NCBI GenBank assembly: GCA_964543935.1
Contig: CAZJAK010000001.1
Span: 3,912 to 67,911 of the forward strand
Source: an uncultured Spirochaetaceae bacterium
Lineage (GTDB): Bacteria; Spirochaetota; Spirochaetia; Sphaerochaetales; Sphaerochaetaceae
Length of the DNA stretch: 64,000 nt
Direction of reading: 5' to 3'
The notes under the pieces are model-generated. The model made no database searches. It worked only from the letters and a program-made list of their open reading frames with translations, and was not told the DNA's origin. The translations under genes and the position numbers were made by a program. The first letter of the stretch is position 1, and each line of letters begins with the position of its first letter. Shown piece by piece: positions 28,734 through 35,892 of this stretch.

Positions 28734-29887
28734 TGCGCGATGCCCTCATCATATTCCGCAAAGAGATCAAAGGACTCGTCAAGGACCGCCGGACGCTGTT
28801 CTCCACCTTCATCCTGCCGCTCCTGGTAGTCCCCATCATCTTCATCGGGATGGGGACGGTGATCGGCTCGCTGCAGACTGAGGCGGTCGAGCATGTCTAC
28901 ACGGTCCGTTTTTCCGGTATTCAGGACGAGCGTTTTTTTTCAGCGGTGGCCCAACGGCTGCAGTACTCGGTTGCTCCAGAGGGCTTGTTTGCCGATATGG
29001 AGGTGGTGTTCCCGTCCGGCTATAGTGGCGGGCAGAACGCGGTAGTGCGGCTGGTGTACGATTCGAGCAGTCAGAAGAACCAGTATGCCGCCGGACAACT
29101 GGCCGATGCCGTGCGTTCGTTCGAACAAATGATTGCCGCCGAGAAGCTCGCCAAGGCCGGTCTTTCGTTGGCTGATTTGTCCACCATCAAAGTCGAGATG
29201 GTCGACACGGCTCCCGAGCAAGCCCAGTCGGGCGGTTCGATGCTCGGCATGATGATGCCCTATTTCTTGATCTTGTTCCTGTTCGCCGGGTCGATGGGGG
29301 CCGGTTTGGATGTGACGGCCGGGGAGAAGGAACGGGGTAGCTTGGCCGCCTTGTTGGTCAATCAGGTCTCGCGCACCTCGATCGCGATGGGCAAGATCCT
29401 CCATGTGATGACCGTAGCGATCTGTTCGGCTTTCGCGACCTTCGCCGGCTTGCTCATCGCCATGTCGATGCCCAATAGCGCTCCCGTTTTTGGCGGCGGG
29501 AACCTGGGTTCGGCAACCTTTACGGCCGGCATGCTGGCGACCATCCTGTTCTGCTTGGTTGCGGCGGCTTTGTTCACCGCAACGGTGGTGACCTTGTTGG
29601 GCAGCCTTGCCAAGACTGTCAAAGAAGCCAATACCTATGTGATGCCGGTTTACTTGGTGGTGGTGGTCGTCGGTGTATCGACCATGTACATGGATCCGAC
29701 CTCCAATGTGTTGCTATTTGCCATCCCGTATGTGAATATTGTGTTCAGCATGAAGGAAGCCTTCATGGGTATGAGCGTGCCGCTCCATCTGGCGCTTGCG
29801 TTGGCATCCAACGTGATCTACGCCGCTGCCGGGGTGCGCCTGGTCTCTGCCCTGTACAATTCTGAACGGATCTTGCAGACCGTCTGA
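28730..29887 (+). CDS. ABC-2-type transporter permease (NatB-like)
   Basis: 385 aa. One N-terminal TM helix is followed by a large extracytoplasmic loop and then 5 TM helices. ATGA overlap with the ATPase gene. Confidence 0.8.
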   Translation: MMRDALIIFRKEIKGLVKDRRTLFSTFILPLLVVPIIFIGMGTVIGSLQTEAVEHVYTVRFSGIQDERFFSAVAQRLQYSVAPEGLFADMEVVFPSGYSGGQNAVVRLVYDSSSQKNQYAAGQLADAVRSFEQMIAAEKLAKAGLSLADLSTIKVEMVDTAPEQAQSGGSMLGMMMPYFLILFLFAGSMGAGLDVTAGEKERGSLAALLVNQVSRTSIAMGKILHVMTVAICSAFATFAGLLIAMSMPNSAPVFGGGNLGSATFTAGMLATILFCLVAAALFTATVVTLLGSLAKTVKEANTYVMPVYLVVVVVGVSTMYMDPTSNVLLFAIPYVNIVFSMKEAFMGMSVPLHLALALASNVIYAAAGVRLVSALYNSERILQTV

Positions 29888-29913
29888 CGATCTGAGGAGC
29901 CGCTGGAGGAGTC

Positions 29914-30999
29914 ATGAAACGAACATCCTTGATCTTGGTGCTCGTGGTGCTGGTCGCGCTGTTTGCCGCCAGCGGATGCGCTACGACCGTATCGGTCAGG
30001 CATTTGATACCGGCCGAGACCGACATGTCGGCTTACCGGAATCTCGCCGTGGCCTCGACCGAGCCTTTCTCGTTCGGATTTTTCAACCGGCCGTCGTCGA
30101 TCGTCCCCGATTATTCGGGCAAGTCGGGCCTGACTGTCGCGAGCGGCTTCGGCACCTTCACCGAGTTGTCCATCGCCCGCTACGCCACAACGCGGTTGGT
30201 GCAGTCGTTGGACCGGGCCGATTATTTCACGCTGTTGCCCCCTTCGCAGACCGATACGATCATGAAGGGCAAGAACCTCGGCTTCACCATCTCGGAGATG
30301 CTGATGCGCAATGGAGTCGAGGCGTTGTTCACTAGTTCGATTGATTATCTCGATGTGGATGAATACATCTATGCTGTCGAGAAAAACCTGCTCATAAGCA
30401 AGGACCCGGTCACCGGCAATCCGATCAATCCTCCGGTCAGCCAGAAAGTCATCGTGTATTACTTGATGCAGAAGGTCAGCTTGACCTACTCGTACGAGAT
30501 CGTCGATGCCCGCACCGGCAAGGTGATTGTGAGCCGGACCCTCCACGACAGCCAGGAGCGCTCCTTTGACCTCACCGGAAAACCGGCCAAAGGCTATGTG
30601 GCTCCATCGTTGGAACCGATGATCGAAGAGATGTTGCAGGATTTGATCGATCCAGTTGTCCAACAGATTGCACCGAGGTGGGAGACCACCACGTTAAGCC
30701 TGATGAAGAATGAACCCGAGCGAAAGAACGTTGAATTCGCTTGGGAGGAGGTGCGGCGAGGAAACTTGGCCATCGCACTGGAAGCTTTCAAAAAGGAATG
30801 GAACCGCAGTGGCCATATCCCTTCAGGCTATAACGCTGCCTTGATCATGGAAGCAATGGGAAACCTTGAACAAGCTATCGACTTGATGGAAGATGTCTAT
30901 CAAGAGAGCGGCAACAATTCGATTTATTCGATGCTGCGCAGGATGCGCCAGCGTTTGCAGGACCAAGCCGAGGCCGAAGCACAGCTGTTGGGGCAATAA
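29914..30999 (+). CDS. Hypothetical lipoprotein with helical (TPR-like) C-terminus
   Basis: MKRTSLILVLVVLVALFAASGC is a signal peptide plus ASGC lipobox. I recognise no family. Confidence 0.62.
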   Translation: MKRTSLILVLVVLVALFAASGCATTVSVRHLIPAETDMSAYRNLAVASTEPFSFGFFNRPSSIVPDYSGKSGLTVASGFGTFTELSIARYATTRLVQSLDRADYFTLLPPSQTDTIMKGKNLGFTISEMLMRNGVEALFTSSIDYLDVDEYIYAVEKNLLISKDPVTGNPINPPVSQKVIVYYLMQKVSLTYSYEIVDARTGKVIVSRTLHDSQERSFDLTGKPAKGYVAPSLEPMIEEMLQDLIDPVVQQIAPRWETTTLSLMKNEPERKNVEFAWEEVRRGNLAIALEAFKKEWNRSGHIPSGYNAALIMEAMGNLEQAIDLMEDVYQESGNNSIYSMLRRMRQRLQDQAEAEAQLLGQ

Positions 31000-31010
31000 G
31001 GGAATCCTCC

Positions 31011-31547
31011 ATGGCGAAACGGGTGAGCTTGTTGATGGTCTACACAGGTGATGGCAAAGGCAAGACCAGTGCCGCGATGGGCTTGGCGTTGCGGTGTTAC
31101 GGCCATGGCGGCCACTGTGCCGTCGCCCAGTTCATCAAAGCGCCCGAGGTGGAGACTGGCGAACGGCGCGCAGCTGTGTCGCTCGGGATGGAGTGGCGCA
31201 ATTTCGGATCTGGTTTCACCTGGATGCAAGCCGACGATACAGCCAATCGCGAGGCATGCCGGCTCGGTTGGGAAACCGCCAAGGAATGGATGCAGTCGGG
31301 CCGTTTCGACATGGTCGTCTTGGACGAATTCACCTATCCATTGTCATTGGGCTATCTTGATGTGTCCGCTGTCTGCCTTTGGTTGGCAGACCACAAGGGA
31401 TTGGAGCATTTCCCCCATGTGGTGGTCACCGGCAGGAACGCCCCCGCACCGTTGCTGGCAGTTGCCGACTTGGTCAGCGAGATTGTGGAAGTGAAACACC
31501 ATTGGCGCACAGCACGGACCAAGGCTCAAGCGATGGTGGAATATTGA
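31011..31547 (+). CDS. cobO: Cob(I)yrinic acid a,c-diamide / cob(I)alamin adenosyltransferase (CobO/BtuR type)
   Basis: VYTGDGKGKTSAAMGLALR P-loop, FIK...GE, and the LDEFTYPL motif typical of CobA/CobO. Confidence 0.85.
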   Translation: MAKRVSLLMVYTGDGKGKTSAAMGLALRCYGHGGHCAVAQFIKAPEVETGERRAAVSLGMEWRNFGSGFTWMQADDTANREACRLGWETAKEWMQSGRFDMVVLDEFTYPLSLGYLDVSAVCLWLADHKGLEHFPHVVVTGRNAPAPLLAVADLVSEIVEVKHHWRTARTKAQAMVEY

Positions 31548-31594
31548 TTTTTGTGAAAACATAGCCGCTTGTGCAAGTAAGCCCTGATTTTTCT

Positions 31595-31622
31595 TCTACA
31601 AACTCAAGAAACAGGATATAAT
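31595..31622 (+). promoter_or_regulatory. Sigma70-like promoter of the PHP-ATPase-RloB-LuxR cassette
   Basis: Perfect TATAAT at 31617-31622. TCTACA (4/6 match to TTGACA) sits at 31595-31600 with a 16-nt spacer. A GAGG SD is 8 nt before the ATG at 31643. Confidence 0.4.
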
Positions 31623-31642
31623 CGCCGCATGAGGTTCTGCTG

Positions 31643-32296
31643 ATGGGATTCATCGAAGTTCATTCACACCTGTTGCCTTTCGTCGATGACGGGGTCGGAA
31701 CCAAAGAATCCTGCCTGGCGGTCCTCGAAGCGTACGCCGCAGCAGGTTTCGACCGCGTGGTCGTGACGCCGCACTTGTACAACCCGTATGTATCCACCAG
31801 GACACAGAACATCAGGGCCATGTATGCGTGGGCGGCGCAAGAGGCCAAGCGGATGGGGCTCGCGTTGTATTTGGGCAGCGAAATTTACGTGGGGATGTCC
31901 GACAGCACCAATGTGTTGCCGTTCATGGGCAGGTTCGTGCTGGTTGAGGTCGATTACTATTCTGAACCGTTGTTCCTTGTCAACCACGCCTACACATTGC
32001 TCAAACGGGGTTACCATGTGGTGTTGGCTCATGTCGAACGGTACCGCTGGTTCTCGACAAAGAGCCCTCTGGCTGTGAAGCTGCGCGAATTGGGTGTCCA
32101 TTTCCAATGCAATGTCGACGGGGTCGAATCGGGTGTCGCCGCCAAATGGATGGCTAGTGGCTGGATAGACGTTCTGGCGGGCGACAATCACGGGGATGCT
32201 GGTCTGCCGGCCAAATTGGCCGCCATGTTGCAACGTTATCCAGAAATATCGGCTAGGATGGAATCTCTGTTCATCGCCGATGAAGCAATCATATAG
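31643..32296 (+). CDS. CpsB/YwqE-type PHP-domain protein-tyrosine phosphatase
   Basis: IEVHSHLLPFVDDG, TPHLYNP, GSEIY, LAHVERY, QCNVDG and GDNHG match, in order, the metal-binding His/Asp motifs of the CpsB family (from memory of the family pattern). Confidence 0.8.
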   Translation: MGFIEVHSHLLPFVDDGVGTKESCLAVLEAYAAAGFDRVVVTPHLYNPYVSTRTQNIRAMYAWAAQEAKRMGLALYLGSEIYVGMSDSTNVLPFMGRFVLVEVDYYSEPLFLVNHAYTLLKRGYHVVLAHVERYRWFSTKSPLAVKLRELGVHFQCNVDGVESGVAAKWMASGWIDVLAGDNHGDAGLPAKLAAMLQRYPEISARMESLFIADEAII

Positions 32297-32308
32297 GGAG
32301 GGGCTCAT

Positions 32309-33541
32309 ATGCTGCTCGACTTGACGGTTTCCAACTTCCGTTCCGTTCAGTCACCGCAAACGATCTCGTTCGAAGCCGTCAAGGACAATCGGCTTCCCGA
32401 ATCAAAGGTGGTGAGGGTTTCTGACAAATTGAAAGTGATCAAGACCAGTGCGATCATCGGTCCCAACGGAGCCGGAAAGAGCACGATGGTCAGGGCTCTG
32501 GAAGCCCTCAAGGCGATCATCGTAGCGCCGGCAGAAGTGGAGAATCCCCTTCAATTGCTGGCCGGCACTTCGTTCGCCTATTCGGAGACGAAAGGCGGTC
32601 CTGCCAACATGGTGTTGGATTTGATCCTGGGCAGCGACGAGGCTTCCGGCTTGCCCATTGTCGGCCGTTTCACCTTCGTGGCCGACCGTGAGAAGGTCTT
32701 CGAGGAGTCGTTCTACCACATCATCGGACGTTCCAAGAAACTGATGTACGAGCGCAAGCTGATCGACGGCGACGCAGAAACCCTCGCGTACCGCTATCGT
32801 TGGGGCAAGCTGTTCAGGGGCGAAAAGAAACGGATGCTTCCCAAGGTCACCCCGAAACAACTCTACTTGAGTGCAGCCGCCCGCAAGGGCAGTCCGACTT
32901 TGACCCCGTTGTTCCAGTGGTTCTCGGAGTCGTTGATGATCCTGCCTTTCGGGCTTTCGACCCAGAGCGAAAAGGTCATCGTGGAACAGCTGGTCAAGCA
33001 TCCCGGCTGGAAAAAGCAGTTGATCGATTTCCTGTGGAGCATCGATATCACCGACATCCGTGATGTGCGCATCCAGGATGACAAGGTTGTCTTCGTCCAC
33101 ACCAACGTCAATCAGCATTATGCCTCGTATTTCTCCAGCGAGTCGCTCAGCCTCAGGCGTTTGACCTCGATCGCGATGGCGATGTTCGAGAGTTTCTCCA
33201 GTCCGCGCTGCTTGGTGATAGACGACTTCGGGATGCTGCTCCATCCGGCCGCCTTGGAACATCTGGTGAGCGTGTTCGAATCGGGCAATGTCGGCAACGG
33301 TTCCCAAGTGTTGGCGGTCGATTGCAATCCTTCGTTACTGCGCGACGGGCTGCTCCGGCGCGATGCCGTGTGGTTCGCCGAGAAAAACAAGGAATCGGCG
33401 ACAGTGTATTACAGCTTGGCCGACTTCAAGTTCTCTCGGTCCAAGGAACGGACGGAGATGCTCTACCTCAATGGCGCTTTCGGGGCCTTGCCGATCACCA
33501 GCGAATACAGCTTTTCCGATGACGTGAAGAAGGAGCGTTGA
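32309..33541 (+). CDS. ABC/SMC-like AAA ATPase (AAA_21/AAA_15 type, AbiLi/AriA-like)
   Basis: N-terminal LTVSNFRSV...TISFE strand motif, Walker A GPNGAGKST, signature-like ESLSLRRLTS, and a Walker B/H-loop CLVIDDFGMLLHP. A GGGAGGGG SD is 5 nt upstream. The gene starts 12 nt after the PHP gene stop. Confidence 0.85.
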   Translation: MLLDLTVSNFRSVQSPQTISFEAVKDNRLPESKVVRVSDKLKVIKTSAIIGPNGAGKSTMVRALEALKAIIVAPAEVENPLQLLAGTSFAYSETKGGPANMVLDLILGSDEASGLPIVGRFTFVADREKVFEESFYHIIGRSKKLMYERKLIDGDAETLAYRYRWGKLFRGEKKRMLPKVTPKQLYLSAAARKGSPTLTPLFQWFSESLMILPFGLSTQSEKVIVEQLVKHPGWKKQLIDFLWSIDITDIRDVRIQDDKVVFVHTNVNQHYASYFSSESLSLRRLTSIAMAMFESFSSPRCLVIDDFGMLLHPAALEHLVSVFESGNVGNGSQVLAVDCNPSLLRDGLLRRDAVWFAEKNKESATVYYSLADFKFSRSKERTEMLYLNGAFGALPITSEYSFSDDVKKER

Positions 33542-33543
33542 AC

Positions 33544-34188
33544 ATGAAGAGAAAAAAAGTCCATCAAGAGCCAAGGAAATCGATGTTGATCGTAACCTCG
33601 ACCGAGGCGGAGGCACTCTACTTCTCCCAGATGCGCAAAGATTGCCGTTACACCAACTTGACGGTCCGCTGGGGTGAAGGTGCGGCGAGCCTCGATGAAT
33701 TGATCTCCGAGACGGCCCGCATCCGTACAGCTGGAAAATTCGACAACGCTTGGGCGGTGTTTGGATTCGACGCCTTCACGGTCACATGGGATCACGTCAG
33801 AAGCGCCTTGGAGAAAGCCGAAACCAAGAAGATCAAGCTTGCGTGGAACAATCCTGGTTTTCCATTGTGGTACCTGTTGCATATCCAAGCTCCCCGCTTG
33901 CCGATCGGCGACATGGCAGTGGTGGTGAACTCGTTGCGTGGCCATCTGGCAAAATTCGATCCGGGGGCCCAGTATCTGTTGCAAGAAGGCAACTCGCTCC
34001 ACCTGCGCCTGTTCCCGTTGAAAGCTCAGGCGGTGTTGAACGCTGGTGCCTACAACGCCTTGACCGAGCGGCGCAATGGAGGAATGCAGTCGACCACGAT
34101 GGTCCGTCTGCTCAGCGAAATCACCGAATGGTGCGGCTTGGCCGACATCTCCCATAACCAAAAACTGATCGGATTGAAGAATTCATGA
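33544..34188 (+). CDS. RloB-like (Toprim-related) protein, AbiLii-like, apparently degenerate
   Basis: MLIVTSTEAEALYF, AWAVFGFD and KLAWNNPGFPLWYLLHIQ line up with my recollection of the RloB pattern (LIVCEGxxTExxYF ... VFDxD ... SNPCFElWlLLH). The ATG at 33544 has AAGGAG 8 nt upstream, inside the ATPase 3' end. Confidence 0.65.
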   Translation: MKRKKVHQEPRKSMLIVTSTEAEALYFSQMRKDCRYTNLTVRWGEGAASLDELISETARIRTAGKFDNAWAVFGFDAFTVTWDHVRSALEKAETKKIKLAWNNPGFPLWYLLHIQAPRLPIGDMAVVVNSLRGHLAKFDPGAQYLLQEGNSLHLRLFPLKAQAVLNAGAYNALTERRNGGMQSTTMVRLLSEITEWCGLADISHNQKLIGLKNS

Positions 34189-35075
34189 CGATGCTCGGAC
34201 AGGGGCTTTCCATCCTGTTGTACATGTTTGCTTTCGCCACGGGGTGCATGACCTTGGTGCTCTCCGTGGTGTTCCATTTGCGTGAATCGTACCAATGGAC
34301 TAAATACTTCATCGTCTTCCATTCATCGCTCCTGCTGGTCATCGTGTTGCAAGTCCTGCACGTGTTCGTCAATGTATTTGTCGGCGATACGCTCGGGGCG
34401 GTCCTTTCCTATGTGATCAAAGCTTTGTTGGCGGCCAATGTCAGCTTCCTCATGGTGTTCATCCCTTATTTCACCACTTGGGTGATCGCGCAACCGTGGC
34501 GCAATCCCTACAAGGCCGTATTTTTCTTAATTGCGGCGGCCTACACGGCCTTGTCGGTCCTCGACACGGTGTTCCTCACCATCAAAGCGCTTGAATCATG
34601 GATGGTGGTCGTCTTTTGCTTGGTGATCTTTTTCTGCGTCGGCACGATCGTGGTCAACCTCAAGACCATCAAGCGCCACGACGTGCGCACGGTGAGCAAT
34701 GCCATCATCATCCTCTCGTTCGTCATGATGCCGTTGCTGGTAGTCAGCGTGTTCATCCCGACTGTGCGCTACATCACCTATCCGTTGTACTTCATGGCCT
34801 TCTCGATCATCATCCTGGTCTACCTGTTCATTTACTTCCGACGCATCCCGCAAGAGGTGCCCAAAGTCCTGACCATCGAGAGCTTGGAGAAGTATCACAT
34901 CACCGAACGGGAATTCTCGGTGATCCAGTTGATCAAGGCCGGGCAGACCAACAAGGAAATAGCCGACAAGCTTGACATCTCGGTGAACACGGTGAACAAT
35001 CATGTGGCGAACATCTATGCCAAGATGCAGGTACGCAGCCGTATCGACTTGTTGAACGCGCTGCATGAAGCCTGA
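34185..35075 (+). CDS. Membrane-anchored (about 7 TM) LuxR-family transcriptional regulator
   Basis: About seven hydrophobic helices span residues 1-225. They are followed by a LuxR/GerE HTH: ITEREFSVIQLIKAGQTNKEIADKLDISVNTVNNHVANIYAKMQV. ATGA overlap with the RloB-like stop. Confidence 0.8.
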   Translation: MTMLGQGLSILLYMFAFATGCMTLVLSVVFHLRESYQWTKYFIVFHSSLLLVIVLQVLHVFVNVFVGDTLGAVLSYVIKALLAANVSFLMVFIPYFTTWVIAQPWRNPYKAVFFLIAAAYTALSVLDTVFLTIKALESWMVVVFCLVIFFCVGTIVVNLKTIKRHDVRTVSNAIIILSFVMMPLLVVSVFIPTVRYITYPLYFMAFSIIILVYLFIYFRRIPQEVPKVLTIESLEKYHITEREFSVIQLIKAGQTNKEIADKLDISVNTVNNHVANIYAKMQVRSRIDLLNALHEA

Positions 35076-35088
35076 CGGAGGGACCGTT

Positions 35089-35892
35089 ATGGAAGGCCAA
35101 GCGTTGCCTCAAGTGCGCCGGTGCGCGCGTCCGATCGTGTTGACCCACCCAGAGGGTGCCGACAGGGCCATCGTGGCCTGCCATGGGTTCACCGGGTATG
35201 CCGGGGAGTTGGCTTTGCCCGCCAAGCGGTTGTTCGAAGCAGGGTTCGACGTCTATGTGCCGCGCTATCCGGGACACGGCACCAACGGCAAGGATTTCAT
35301 GGCCAGCACTGCTGAGGATTGGATGGGTGCTGCCGAGCGCCAACTGGACGAACTGGAAGGCAAGTACCAGGGCATTTCATTGATGGGCCATTCGATGGGA
35401 GGTGCCATCGCCGTCGTCGCAGCCCGGCATCGGAACATTGAAAAGATGGTCCTCTATGCACCAGCGTTGGCGTTGCCGACCATTCCGGTCAGAACGATAA
35501 GGTTTCTCAGCCATTTCATCAAGCGCAAAGGCCGCCCGTGGGCTCGCGATCCACGCTATGTGTTCTTCGATGAACGCGATCCGGATGACGACGAGTTCCT
35601 CGGACGCGAGTATTGGTCGTACCTCTATCCCGCCCAAGTGCTGGAATTGTTGCGGATCAAGGAGCGCGCAGTGGAAGCTTTGCCTGAAGTGAAGGCCGAT
35701 ATCTTGGTGTTCACTGGCGGCGAGGATGCGGTGATACCGCAGGAAGTCGGCCCGCTTGTCTTGTCGACCGGCAAAGGCAAGAACAATTGGATCCATCTGC
35801 CACTGGCCAGCCATTTGATTCCCTATGATAAGGATGAAAGTTCGCGCGAACAGGCCATGAACCGCACGGTGGCATGGTTGACCCAGTCATAG
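35089..35892 (+). CDS. Alpha/beta hydrolase (esterase/lipase-like)
   Basis: GHSMGG nucleophile elbow and HGFTG oxyanion region. The ATG at 35089 has a GGAGGG SD 6 nt upstream and lies 13 nt after the LuxR stop. Confidence 0.8.
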   Translation: MEGQALPQVRRCARPIVLTHPEGADRAIVACHGFTGYAGELALPAKRLFEAGFDVYVPRYPGHGTNGKDFMASTAEDWMGAAERQLDELEGKYQGISLMGHSMGGAIAVVAARHRNIEKMVLYAPALALPTIPVRTIRFLSHFIKRKGRPWARDPRYVFFDERDPDDDEFLGREYWSYLYPAQVLELLRIKERAVEALPEVKADILVFTGGEDAVIPQEVGPLVLSTGKGKNNWIHLPLASHLIPYDKDESSREQAMNRTVAWLTQS

